32,225 nt of DNA from an uncultured Mycoplasmatota bacterium (lineage in GTDB: Bacteria; Bacillota_I; Bacilli_A; RF39; UBA660): positions 1 to 32,225 of the forward strand of contig CANSDD010000002.1 in the NCBI GenBank assembly GCA_947645535.1, written 5' to 3'. The notes under the pieces are model-generated. The model ran no database searches. It saw nothing but the letters and a program-made list of their open reading frames with translations, and was not told the origin of the DNA. A program made the position numbers and the translations under genes. The number at the start of each line of letters is the position of its first letter. Within the stretch, counting starts at the first letter, position 1. Below, in pieces: positions 14,915 to 23,953 of this stretch.

Positions 14915-16252
14915 ATGAAAAAATTTCTACTTATATTTTTTGGAAAATGCATGGTTATTGTAGGAAAACTATTTAAAAAAGGTAGCTCTCTTCCTGGTGA
15001 TATCATTTTAAAAATTGATTCTAAATTTATGAGAGAATTTGTGTTACCAAAGGTAGTGATTGCTGTTACAGGTAGTTCAGGTAAAGGTTCCGTTTCTAGT
15101 ATGTTAAGGGAAATTTATAAAAAGAATGGTTATAAAGTTGCGCATAATAGTAAAGGCTCTAATTTAAGTGCTGGAATAATGACACTTTTATTAGAAAATT
15201 CTACTTTATTTGGAAATATCAATAAAGAGATACTTATTTTTGAAATTGATGAACGTTATACCAAACATGTATTTCCATACTTAAAACCCAATTATGTAGT
15301 GATTACAAATTTAACAAGAGATCAGCCACCTAGACAAGGACATTTTGATTTAGTTTTTGAAGAAATAAAGAAATCTTTAACAGATGATATGCATCTTATT
15401 TTAAATGGAGATGATGCCTATTTAGAAAAATTTGTAGACGGTCATAATGGCCCTATTACCTATTATGGAATTTCTAAAAATAAATATTCTTATACAAAAA
15501 ATAAATTTCAAACATTAAATTTAAATTATTGTCCAAAATGCAACAAAAAGTTAGAATATAAATATTATCACTTCGAAAATTTAGGCAACTATGTCTGCTC
15601 AAAATGTGATTTTAAAAGACCTAAAATTGATTTTGAAGCAACAAAATTAGATTTTGACAAAGAAGAAATAACAATCAATAAGAAATATCAAGTTCATATG
15701 TCATTTGGAATTTTATATGCAGCATATAATTTACTAGCAGCTTTTACAGTTTCTGTAATAAATGGATTAGATGCAGATATTGTTTGTAAAAATATTGAAG
15801 AAATATCTCAAAATAAGAAATTATATGACGAATATCAATATAATGGAAGAATGGTTACTGTATTAAATAATAAAAATGAAAATAGTACAACGTTTAATCA
15901 ATCTTTACTATTTATTGAACGATTTTCACATAAAAAAACAATTGTTGTTGGTTGGAGAGAAATTAGTAGAAGATATAATTATGATGATTTGTCTTGGCTT
16001 TATGATATTGATTTTGAATTACTTAAAAAACAAGATATCGATAAAATTGTTTGTGTTGGAATACACCGTTACGATATTGCAACTAGAATGAAATATGCTG
16101 GAATTGAAGAAAAAAAGATTATGATTTTTGATGATTTAAAAGAAGCAACAAACGAAATAAAAGCACATACAAAAGGTAATATCTATGCAGTGCTTAATTT
16201 TGATTACGTAGAGCCTTTTAATCGCTATATGAAAGAAGGCGATATCTTATGA
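14915..16252 (+). CDS. murT: Mur-ligase-family protein MurT (lipid II isoglutaminyl synthase subunit)
   Basis: LPGDIILKID, the P-loop VTGSSGKGS, TNLTRDQ and LNGDDA are present. The MurT-specific Cys4 ribbon reads CPKCNKKLEYKYYHFENLGNYVCSKCDFKR. The DUF1727 C-terminus includes DDLSWLYDIDFE. Confidence 0.88.
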   Translation: MKKFLLIFFGKCMVIVGKLFKKGSSLPGDIILKIDSKFMREFVLPKVVIAVTGSSGKGSVSSMLREIYKKNGYKVAHNSKGSNLSAGIMTLLLENSTLFGNINKEILIFEIDERYTKHVFPYLKPNYVVITNLTRDQPPRQGHFDLVFEEIKKSLTDDMHLILNGDDAYLEKFVDGHNGPITYYGISKNKYSYTKNKFQTLNLNYCPKCNKKLEYKYYHFENLGNYVCSKCDFKRPKIDFEATKLDFDKEEITINKKYQVHMSFGILYAAYNLLAAFTVSVINGLDADIVCKNIEEISQNKKLYDEYQYNGRMVTVLNNKNENSTTFNQSLLFIERFSHKKTIVVGWREISRRYNYDDLSWLYDIDFELLKKQDIDKIVCVGIHRYDIATRMKYAGIEEKKIMIFDDLKEATNEIKAHTKGNIYAVLNFDYVEPFNRYMKEGDIL

Positions 16253-16983
16253 ATATTACAATAGCCCATCTTTATTATGATTTGCTTAATTTATATGGAG
16301 AAAGTGGAAATGTAAAAGCATTAGAATATCAACTTGAAGGTCAAGGAATAACTGTAAAAATAAAGTTTCTAACAATTGGTGATACTCTAGATTTTAGTAA
16401 ATATGATTTTGTTTATATGGGAGCTGGTACAGAAGAAAACCAAAAATTAGCTTTAAAGCATCTTATCAAATATAAGGATAAAGTGAAAGAAGCGATGGAA
16501 AATGGTACTTTTTTCCTAATTACTGGTAATTCATTAGAATTATTTGGAAAATGTATTATTGATAGAAACGAAAAAAGAACAAAAACTCTTAATGTATTTG
16601 ATTTTTATACCAAACAAGAAAACTTTAGAATGGTTGATGAAGCACTTGTTAAATCGAAATTTATAAAACCTTATATTCTTGGTTTTCAAAATCAAGGTAG
16701 TGTTATAAAGAGTAATGATCAATTTATTTTATTTGATGTTGTGAAAGGAATTGGTAGTTTTCCAAATAGTAAAATTGAAGGTGTTCACAAAAATAATTTC
16801 TATGGTACTTACCTTATTGGTCCTATTTTGGTTAGAAATCCTGAATTATTAAAATATATGGTAAAAGAACTTATTACTAGTAAGAAAAAGGATTTTAAAT
16901 TTAAACGATTTAATTTAACTTTAGAAAATAAGGCTTATAATGAATTTATGAAAAATTACTATAGTGAATATATTGAAAATTAA
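16249..16983 (+). CDS. gatD: GatD-like (CobQ-type glutamine amidotransferase) partner of MurT, with catalytic residues apparently substituted
   Basis: It shares an ATGA overlap with murT. It aligns along its whole length to my recollection of S. aureus GatD: YMGAGTEENQ vs FIGGGSDREQ, DFYT, GFQNQG vs GFENHG, and GTYLIGPILVRNP vs GTYLHGPILPKN. Confidence 0.8.
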   Translation: MNITIAHLYYDLLNLYGESGNVKALEYQLEGQGITVKIKFLTIGDTLDFSKYDFVYMGAGTEENQKLALKHLIKYKDKVKEAMENGTFFLITGNSLELFGKCIIDRNEKRTKTLNVFDFYTKQENFRMVDEALVKSKFIKPYILGFQNQGSVIKSNDQFILFDVVKGIGSFPNSKIEGVHKNNFYGTYLIGPILVRNPELLKYMVKELITSKKKDFKFKRFNLTLENKAYNEFMKNYYSEYIEN

Positions 16984-17001
16984 ATTATTATCTGTTATAA
17001 T
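16973..17001 (+). promoter_or_regulatory. Near-consensus sigma-A promoter inside the last codons of gatD
   Basis: TTGAAA lies at 16973-16978, followed by a 17-nt spacer and TATAAT at 16996-17001. A TGn extension is present (TGT at 16993-16995). Confidence 0.6.
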
Positions 17002-17007
17002 GTACTT

Positions 17008-17118
17008 ATGAGACAAATTCTCATAAAAAAATGGATGTACTTAATTTTGTTGGTTGAGTATTTGCCATCATTTGTTTGTGGTAAGCACACATTTACGATA
17101 AATGAGTGCTTTTTCTTT
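17008..17118 (+). ncRNA. Candidate ~110-nt sRNA of unknown class
   Basis: It starts about 7 nt after the -10. A 5-prime hairpin reads ATGAGA-caaat-TCTCAT (17008-17024). It ends at the terminator at 17083-17118. Confidence 0.4.
17083..17118 (+). terminator. Intrinsic terminator (murT-gatD and/or the sRNA)
   Basis: The structure reads AAGCAC-ACATTTA-cga-TAAATG-A-GTGCTT followed by TTTCTTT. Confidence 0.7.
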
Positions 17119-17402
17119 ACGGTTATGTAATTGAATACATTAACCAAAAACCCCTACTACTTCATCTACTTTTTAAATTGCAGTAGAATCAGTAGAAAAA
17201 TTATGAGAATCAAAGCAGCAATTATATAAATTACCATTTCACTTGTAAAATCAATCATAAAACAGATTTGTATCATATTTCGTACAGATTTTCAAAATTT
17301 TCTTAGCGAATATTATATAATCTGTTATTTTTTTATTACAAATTTTTAAATTTTATATGTTTCTAAAAAAATATTTTTTTGCTACCTACTACCTCAGAAC
17401 AA

Positions 17403-17425
17403 CACAAAAAAAGCCAAGAAGGCTT
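17403..17425 (-). terminator. pheST terminator
   Basis: The minus strand reads AAGCC-TTCTT-GGCTT followed by TTTTTGTG. It overlaps the pheT stop codon. Confidence 0.65.
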
Positions 17426-19808
17426 ATTTATTTCTAAGTACTGCATCTAATTTTTTCGTTACTTCTGCAATAATTTTATTAAAGATTACTGTTACTTCTT
17501 CATCATTAAGTGTCTTATTTGGATCACGAAATGTTAAAGCATAAGCAATAGATTTTTCATCTTTTCCTACATTTTCACCTACATATACATCAAATACATC
17601 AATATTGGTAAGTAATCTACTGCCTGCTTTTTTGATTACATCTTCTACTTCTTTAGACGTAACATCTTCTTTTACTATAAACGAAACATCTTTTTTCACA
17701 CTTGGATATTTTGGTATTTCTTTAAACTTAATTGCTTTTACTTTTAATTCTAATATTTTCTTTAAATCAAGTTCAAATACATATACTTCCTTCTTACAAA
17801 TACTTGGATGTACTCTACCAATAAATCCAATAATATTTCTATCAATTATGATACTAGCGCTCATTCCTGGATGTAATTCTTTTACTAAATTATCTAAACT
17901 AAATTGATAACGATTATGTAGTCCTAAATAGTCTAATAAATTTTCTACAATTCCTTTTACTAAATAAAAATCTACCTTTAATTCTTTTCCTTGCCAAGTA
18001 TTTTCTTCATATACTCCACTTAAAAGTCCTGATAACATCATATTCTCTTTATACTCATCATTTTCTTTATAATAAATTGCACTTGTTTCAAAAATATGAA
18101 TGTCTTTTCTATTTCTAGCGCTATTATAATCATATACATGAAGTAATGATGGAATTAAAGATGTTCTCATTACTTTTCTATCTTCACTCATTGGCGATTC
18201 TAATATAACTGGTTCATATTTTTCATTATGAAATATATTTATTTCATTTTCACTTACTAATGAATAAGTTATCACTTGATTCAATCCAAGCGCACGTAAG
18301 TGTCTTCTAACGTTCTTTTCTAATTGTTCTTTTTTGGAATAAGTTCCTTTTTTCATTATATTCGTAGGTAGACTTCCAACTACTTTATCATATCCATATA
18401 TCTTTCCTATTTCAGCTATTACATCTTCTTTAATATTTACATCTATTCTTCTAGTAGGAACATAAACTTCAAATATATTATATTTGATTTTATATGTAAA
18501 TCCTAAACGAGTTAATATTTCTTCTACATCTTCTTTCGTAATATTCATACCAAGTACAGATACAATTTTTTCAAGTGATACTTCTATTTTTTTATCTTCC
18601 TTACTCGCTATATCATGCATCAAAATACCTGAATAAATTTCTGCATTTGCATATTGTTCTAATAATTCACAAGCTCTATTCATAGCTAGTATCGTACGAC
18701 TTGGATCTACACCTTTTTCATAACGAATACTGGCTTCACTTCTAATGATTGCTTTTGATGTATAACGAATACGCAAAGGATTAAAAATAGCTGCTTCAAT
18801 AAAAATATTTTTTGTATCATTTTCAATCTCTGTTTCTAATCCACCCATGACACCAGCAAGCGCTACTGGTTCTTTTTCATTTGCAATAACGATATCACTT
18901 GTTTTTAATACCCTAGCTTTTCCATCTAATGTATTTAACATTTCTCCTTCGTTTGCCATTCTAACAACAACAGTATTTCCGAGTTTATCTTTATCAAAGA
19001 AATGAAGTGGTTGTCCATATTCAAGCATAACATAGTTACTAATATCAACAACATTGTTAATTGGTCTAATTCCACTTGCCATCAGTCTGTTTTTAATGAA
19101 TTTAGGACTTTCTTTAATTTCTACATTTTTTACCATTTTTCCTAAATAAATAGGACAATTATCTGTTCTTACATCTAACTTCATGATATCACAAATATTT
19201 TCTTTTGTTTCATGTAGTTTTATATCTGGTAATGTTACTTTTTGATTATAAATAGCGCCTATTTCATAAGCCATTCCAATAATATTTAATAAGTCTGCTC
19301 TATCAGCAGTAAGTTCAAAATCAATAATTTCATCATCAAAACCTAAGTAATGTAGAGCATCTTCACCAACTTTAGCATCAGCATCTAATACATGAATCCC
19401 TGCATGATCTTCTTCTTTTAAATATTTTGATTCAAGACCAAGTTCTGCCATAGAACAAATCATTCCATGAGATTCCATTCCAGCTAATTTGGCTTTTTTA
19501 ATAACACCTCCAGGAAGTTCTGCACCAATAGTTGCAACAATAACTTTTTGCCCCTTAGCTACATTAGGAGCACCACATAATATTTGAACAGTCTCACTAC
19601 CAATATTTACTTTACAAATATGTAAATGATCTGATTCTGGATGATTAACGCAATCTTCTATATATCCAACAACTAATCCTTTTGCATTACAAAGTTTTTC
19701 GATACTTTCATATTCATTTCCAGCAAATACCATTTTCTCTGCTACTTCACTATAAGGAATATTAGATAAATCAATATAATCACTTAAAAAATCTTTACTT
19801 AAACGCAT
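17424..19808 (-). CDS. pheT: Phenylalanine--tRNA ligase beta subunit
   Basis: It is 794 aa. The N-terminal tRNA-binding OB domain reads HPESDHLHICKVNIG. The B3/4, B5 and C-terminal FDX-ACB layout is present. It overlaps pheS by 1 nt. Confidence 0.97.
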   Translation of the reverse strand: MRLSKDFLSDYIDLSNIPYSEVAEKMVFAGNEYESIEKLCNAKGLVVGYIEDCVNHPESDHLHICKVNIGSETVQILCGAPNVAKGQKVIVATIGAELPGGVIKKAKLAGMESHGMICSMAELGLESKYLKEEDHAGIHVLDADAKVGEDALHYLGFDDEIIDFELTADRADLLNIIGMAYEIGAIYNQKVTLPDIKLHETKENICDIMKLDVRTDNCPIYLGKMVKNVEIKESPKFIKNRLMASGIRPINNVVDISNYVMLEYGQPLHFFDKDKLGNTVVVRMANEGEMLNTLDGKARVLKTSDIVIANEKEPVALAGVMGGLETEIENDTKNIFIEAAIFNPLRIRYTSKAIIRSEASIRYEKGVDPSRTILAMNRACELLEQYANAEIYSGILMHDIASKEDKKIEVSLEKIVSVLGMNITKEDVEEILTRLGFTYKIKYNIFEVYVPTRRIDVNIKEDVIAEIGKIYGYDKVVGSLPTNIMKKGTYSKKEQLEKNVRRHLRALGLNQVITYSLVSENEINIFHNEKYEPVILESPMSEDRKVMRTSLIPSLLHVYDYNSARNRKDIHIFETSAIYYKENDEYKENMMLSGLLSGVYEENTWQGKELKVDFYLVKGIVENLLDYLGLHNRYQFSLDNLVKELHPGMSASIIIDRNIIGFIGRVHPSICKKEVYVFELDLKKILELKVKAIKFKEIPKYPSVKKDVSFIVKEDVTSKEVEDVIKKAGSRLLTNIDVFDVYVGENVGKDEKSIAYALTFRDPNKTLNDEEVTVIFNKIIAEVTKKLDAVLRNK

Positions 19809-20857
19809 TATTGTTCACTCCCTTCGGTGCGATTGAAATCCTCTAAAAATCTTAAATCATCTGTATAAAAATTACGAATATCATTAATTCCATATTTAAG
19901 CATAGCTACTCTCTCTGGCCCTATTCCAAAAGCAAATCCTGTATATTTTTCAGGGTCATAGCCACAACCTCTTAATACATTTGGATGAACCATTCCAGAA
20001 CCTAATATTTCTATCCAACCTGTTCCTTTACAAATAGAGCAACCACTTCCACCACATTTAAAACAGCTTACATCTACTTCTAAACTTGGTTCTGTAAATG
20101 GGAAGAAGCTTGGGCGAAAACGTATTTCTCTATCCATTCCAAATAATTTTTTAGCTAGTTCTTCTAATGTTCCTTTTAAATGAGATAAACTAATATTTTC
20201 TCCTACTACTAATCCTTCTATTTGTGTAAATTGATGAGAGTGTGTTGCATCATCATCATCTCTACGATATACTTTTCCTGGACATATAACACGAACTTCC
20301 GTTTTTTCTTTATTTGCATCCATTACTCTTGCTTGTACTGGAGAAGTTTGTGTACGAAGTAACATTTCTTCTGTAATATAAAAACTATCTTGTGCATCTC
20401 TTGCTGGATGTCCTTTTGGTAAGTTTAATTTTTCAAAGTTATATAAATCTTCTTCTATTTCAGGCCCTTCTACCACATCATATCCCATTGATACAAATAA
20501 TTCTTCTATTTCTTCAATTACTTTTGTTAATGGATGAATTGCTCCAACATGAAGTTTGGCACTTGGAAGTGTAATATCTATTTTTTCTTTTTGTAGTTTT
20601 TCATTTAATTCTTTTTCTTCTAATGCTTTTTTAGTATTTTCAAATAAAGTATTTGCTTCATTTTTTACTTCATTTAATACTTTTCCAAATTCTTTTTTTT
20701 CTTCTACTGGTAAATCTCTCATCATAGTAGTAAGTTCATTAATTGGCCCTTTTTTCCCTAAATATTCTACTTTTAAATCATTTAATTCTTTTAATGTAGT
20801 AATACTTTTTATTTTTTCTTTCATTTCTTTTTTCAAAGTTTCTACTTTTTCTTTCAT
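19808..20857 (-). CDS. pheS: Phenylalanine--tRNA ligase alpha subunit
   Basis: The class II motifs [12 protein letters not shown] and [18 protein letters not shown] are present. Confidence 0.97.
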   Translation of the reverse strand: MKEKVETLKKEMKEKIKSITTLKELNDLKVEYLGKKGPINELTTMMRDLPVEEKKEFGKVLNEVKNEANTLFENTKKALEEKELNEKLQKEKIDITLPSAKLHVGAIHPLTKVIEEIEELFVSMGYDVVEGPEIEEDLYNFEKLNLPKGHPARDAQDSFYITEEMLLRTQTSPVQARVMDANKEKTEVRVICPGKVYRRDDDDATHSHQFTQIEGLVVGENISLSHLKGTLEELAKKLFGMDREIRFRPSFFPFTEPSLEVDVSCFKCGGSGCSICKGTGWIEILGSGMVHPNVLRGCGYDPEKYTGFAFGIGPERVAMLKYGINDIRNFYTDDLRFLEDFNRTEGSEQ

Positions 20858-20877
20858 AATCTCATTCCTTTCTTAAT

Positions 20878-21100
20878 AAAAAAAATCACAAATCCATATA
20901 AGGACGTGATTTATGCGTGGTACCACCTTAATTTGTAGAATAATCTACCTTGAAACTGTAACGCGTTACCGTTATATGTTTTGCATATAAAACTCCAAGA
21001 TGAATTCATAAAGTGATATTATCTATTTCCACCAACCATAGACTCTCTTTTAATATCTTCCATTTATTACTACTTCTCTTCTTCGCTTTTTTTTATAAAC
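20878..21100 (-). promoter_or_regulatory. Canonical T-box leader, Phe specifier UUC
   Basis: The minus strand shows a GA/K-turn region (GCGAAGAAGAGAAG), AAGAGAGTC and GGTTGGTGGAAAT distal elements. The specifier loop is GAA-TTC-A, with UUC at 21002-21004. The T-box motif AATTAAGGTGGTACCACG lies at about 20916-20934. The terminator is AAATCAC...GTGATTT followed by T7. Confidence 0.9.
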
Positions 21101-21106
21101 AAGTTT

Positions 21107-21135
21107 ATTTTAGCATATTTTCATCTTTCCAGCAA
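21107..21135 (-). promoter_or_regulatory. Candidate pheST promoter
   Basis: The minus strand shows TTGCTG, a 17-nt spacer, then TAAAAT. Confidence 0.55.
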
Positions 21136-21157
21136 GAATTAATTTTCGCTTTTGTTT

Positions 21158-21718
21158 TTAAATTTCATTTTTCTTCACATATTGTGAATGGGAAAAAGAA
21201 TTATTGATTTCCTGTAAATCTGAAAACTCAATATTACATTTATGATAAATATCTTTTACTTCATCAAAAGTTACATTTTCTACATACCATTCAAAATATT
21301 TTGAATAATGTTTACTTCTTTTAAATAGTTCTACTCTTCCTGCTACTGTAAATAAATCAATAACTTCATTATCATCTAATGTTTCATTTATTCTTTTAAA
21401 TCCTAATCTTTCTAAATTTAATACATCATCTAAAAGTGCAACACTTTTATAAGAACAAGGTTCTAAATCTAATCTTCTTTCTATAAAATCTGTCAAATAG
21501 GATAAAGCTTTAAATGCATCTTCTCTATTCATTCCTTCAGGTAACATAAAAGGTATAAATGGCCAGTCAATTGCTCCAACAGCACTATCCTGCTTTCTAT
21601 AATATTTCATATAATATAGTCTATATTTTGTTTGATTTCCAAGTGGATGATCTTCTAATTCTGCATCAAATTCATAATCTCTATTAACGAATAATTCTAA
21701 CGTTTCCCTTAAACTCAT
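21158..21718 (-). CDS. Hypothetical protein (186 aa), no recognisable family
   Basis: The ORF is clean and preceded by a GAAGGAG SD. The protein is soluble and acidic. I recognise no motif. Confidence 0.65.
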   Translation of the reverse strand: MSLRETLELFVNRDYEFDAELEDHPLGNQTKYRLYYMKYYRKQDSAVGAIDWPFIPFMLPEGMNREDAFKALSYLTDFIERRLDLEPCSYKSVALLDDVLNLERLGFKRINETLDDNEVIDLFTVAGRVELFKRSKHYSKYFEWYVENVTFDEVKDIYHKCNIEFSDLQEINNSFSHSQYVKKNEI

Positions 21719-21879
21719 ATTTTTTTACTCCTTCATATAAATAAACAATTTTTGGCTATTTATTTTAAAACTTTAGATTTTCCTTTTTCTTCTATTTCTT
21801 TTGTTAAAAGCTTTCTTATATCACCATTAAACAATTCTATAAATGTCTGACAAAGAAATAACCATATTTCAGGTTGTTT

Positions 21880-22213
21880 TTGCTTAGGATTAAATACAAA
21901 TCTAGTTTGCTCATCATTATAATTTTTTAATGCATTTTTCCAAAGAGTATATGAAACTCTTTGATAATTTAGATTCTATACATTTATATAATTTTTTATG
22001 ATTTTCTATATCTACAAACTCAAATTCTTCTAGATTAATGCGGATAATTTGCTTTTCCTCTATCCCACTATTTAATAAATATTCTGTATATAAATCAAAT
22101 AGCATTGATTTTCTGCACCTTCTTATTCCAGTTATTATTTTTATTAAGTTTTTATCCTTAAAATGAGTTAATTGTTTTTAATATTCTGATCTTGGTATTA
22201 TATCAATCCATCC
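21880..22213 (-). pseudogene. Remnant of an AAA+ ATPase (DUF4143-type) gene
   Basis: The minus-strand translation is WIDIIPRSEY-stop-KQLTHFKDKNLIKIITGIRRCRKSMLFDLY...IIRINLEEFEF...KKLY. This matches the family N-terminus (Y..R..Y...L....DK.LIKVITG.RRCGKSTL). The Walker A Gly is changed to Arg (GIRRCRKS). There is no start codon, an in-frame stop at 22178-22180, a frameshift after the Walker B region, and about 250 aa of C-terminus missing. Confidence 0.55.
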
Positions 22214-22298
22214 TAGAAAAAGGATAACACTATTTTTTATTATTGCCAATTTTATAAATTGCAATTTACAAATTTTTGCTTTTTATTGTTTTTGTAAA

Positions 22299-23063
22299 TT
22301 ATATTTTATTTTTTAGTGTACTATACGATTCAACTAATAAAATAGATGCAATTACTAGCGATAATTCCATTAAAAATAAATTTGAATAAATATAAATTGT
22401 AAATAAAAGACTTGCTAGATTCGCACTTATATGAACAATTATAGAGGCTTTTAAATTAAAACGTTCATATGTAAAAATAAGCATAAAGTTAAATATAAAA
22501 GCATAAATAATTTGAAATATATTTGTATGACAAAGTGAAAATATAAGTCCTGTTAAAAGTAATGATTTCATAACTGGATAATATTTTTGTAATCTGTGAT
22601 AAACAATTCCTCTAAATAAATATTCTTCTAAAATAGGTCCAACTAATACTGTCGTAATTATCGATATCATAATATTACTACTTCCATTAAATAAGTTAGT
22701 TATAGAAAAAATAGAATTGATATTTCCTAAAATACAATTATAAAGTAAGCTAAATGAAACTCCAAAGATTATTAGCAATAAAATATCTAAAAGATCTATT
22801 TTTTCTTTTTTTACGGTATTTTCTTTATGATATATTTTATAAAATATAGGGAAGAATATCAAAAATGATAAGATAACTAAAACAATATTATATTTTGATA
22901 GAAAACTTCCTAATTCAGTAATAAAACTTTCTGTTCCTATCCATTCATTTACATCGAAAACATTTTTTGAAACAATAAAAATAATAGTTGCTATAACGAT
23001 CATAAAAAATTGGCTTACAACAAACAATAGTGGCAAGCCAATGATATTTAATAATCTTTTCAT
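22299..23063 (-). CDS. CPBP family intramembrane glutamic endopeptidase (CAAX/Abi-type)
   Basis: The protein is multi-pass membrane. Motif 1 is PILEEYLFRG, and FSLCH and HISAN histidines are present. Its ATG overlaps the SPFH stop as TAATG. Confidence 0.88.
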   Translation of the reverse strand: MKRLLNIIGLPLLFVVSQFFMIVIATIIFIVSKNVFDVNEWIGTESFITELGSFLSKYNIVLVILSFLIFFPIFYKIYHKENTVKKEKIDLLDILLLIIFGVSFSLLYNCILGNINSIFSITNLFNGSSNIMISIITTVLVGPILEEYLFRGIVYHRLQKYYPVMKSLLLTGLIFSLCHTNIFQIIYAFIFNFMLIFTYERFNLKASIIVHISANLASLLFTIYIYSNLFLMELSLVIASILLVESYSTLKNKI

Positions 23064-23950
23064 TATTTTTTTTCTTTTAACATTTCACTAATTGTTGTTC
23101 CAATTGTAGCTATATTTTGTAGTTCTGATGGAACAATAATTTTTGTTGATTGACCATTTGCAACATTCGTTAGAGCTTCAAAACTCTTAAGTGTAAGTAC
23201 TGATGAGTCTGCTTTCGCTTCTTTTAATAAACGAATTCCTTCTGCTTCTGCTGTTTTTAATTTAATAATTGCTTCTGCTTCACCTTCTGCTTTTTTAATT
23301 TTTGATTCCTTATCTGCTTCAGCTCTTAAAATCGCACTTTCTTTTTCTCCCTCAGCAATTAAGATACTAGATTTCTTTTCTCCTTCTGCTTGAAGAATTT
23401 TTTCTCTTCTCTCACGTTCTGCACGCATTTGTTTTTCCATCGCTTCTTGTATATCCCTAGGTGGAATAATATTTTTTACTTCTACACGATTTACTTTAAT
23501 TCCCCAAGGATCTGTTGCTTCATCTAAGATAGAACGCATTTTTGAATTGATAATATCTCTTGAGGTAAGAGTTTGATCTAATTCTAATTCTCCAATAATA
23601 TTACGAAGTGTTGTAGCAGTTAAATTTTCAATTGCACTAATTGGATTTTCTACTCCATAAGTATATAATTTTGCATCTGTAATTTGAAAATAAACAACTG
23701 TATCTATTTGCATTGTGACATTATCTTTTGTAATAACTGGTTGTGGATCAAAATCTTTTACAATTTCTTTTAATACTACTTGATTCGCAACTCTATCTAA
23801 AAATGGCAATTTAAAATGTAATCCATTTTTCCATGTTGTATAATAAGATCCTACCCTTTCAATAACATATGTTTTTGCCTGAGGCACTATTTTTACATTA
23901 GGTATAATTAGTACTGCAGCAAGCACTAATAAAATTAAAAATACTTCCAT
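23063..23950 (-). CDS. SPFH/band 7 (stomatin-like) protein
   Basis: It has an N-terminal TM and an SPFH core. The coiled-coil tail reads PPRDIQEAMEKQMRAERERR. Confidence 0.93.
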   Translation of the reverse strand: MEVFLILLVLAAVLIIPNVKIVPQAKTYVIERVGSYYTTWKNGLHFKLPFLDRVANQVVLKEIVKDFDPQPVITKDNVTMQIDTVVYFQITDAKLYTYGVENPISAIENLTATTLRNIIGELELDQTLTSRDIINSKMRSILDEATDPWGIKVNRVEVKNIIPPRDIQEAMEKQMRAERERREKILQAEGEKKSSILIAEGEKESAILRAEADKESKIKKAEGEAEAIIKLKTAEAEGIRLLKEAKADSSVLTLKSFEALTNVANGQSTKIIVPSELQNIATIGTTISEMLKEKK

Positions 23951-23953
23951 AAT

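Noticed and set aside
17008-17130. A 40-codon ORF (MRQILIKKWMYLILLVEYLPSFVCGKHTFTINECFFFTVM) starting at the predicted +1 of the 16973-17001 promoter.
   Set aside because: It has no SD. The ORF reads through the intrinsic terminator at 17083-17118, so its stop codon would lie beyond the RNA 3-prime end. I treat the unit as a candidate sRNA instead, although a leaderless micro-protein cannot be fully excluded.
17146-17330. Imperfect inverted repeats CTACT..TCTACT / AGTAGA..AGTAG (about 17153-17197) and ACAGATT, ACAGATT, AATCTGT (about 17262-17326) in the gatD-pheT gap.
   Set aside because: The stems are short, AT-rich and interrupted, with large loops. No adjacent promoter or T-run gives them a clear role. 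Chance occurrence at this base composition is plausible, so I mention them only as context for the sRNA finding.
17605-17907. A 100-aa plus-strand ORF antisense to pheT. The ORFs at 20392-20574 and 20556-20876, antisense to pheS, are the same kind of case.
   Set aside because: They sit inside universally conserved aminoacyl-tRNA synthetase genes. Their composition is S/F/L-rich antisense artefact, and they have no translation signals.
21013-21207. A 64-aa plus-strand ORF across the pheS leader region.
   Set aside because: It overlaps the canonical Phe T-box leader and its promoter on the minus strand. The translation is F/L/S-rich and low-complexity.
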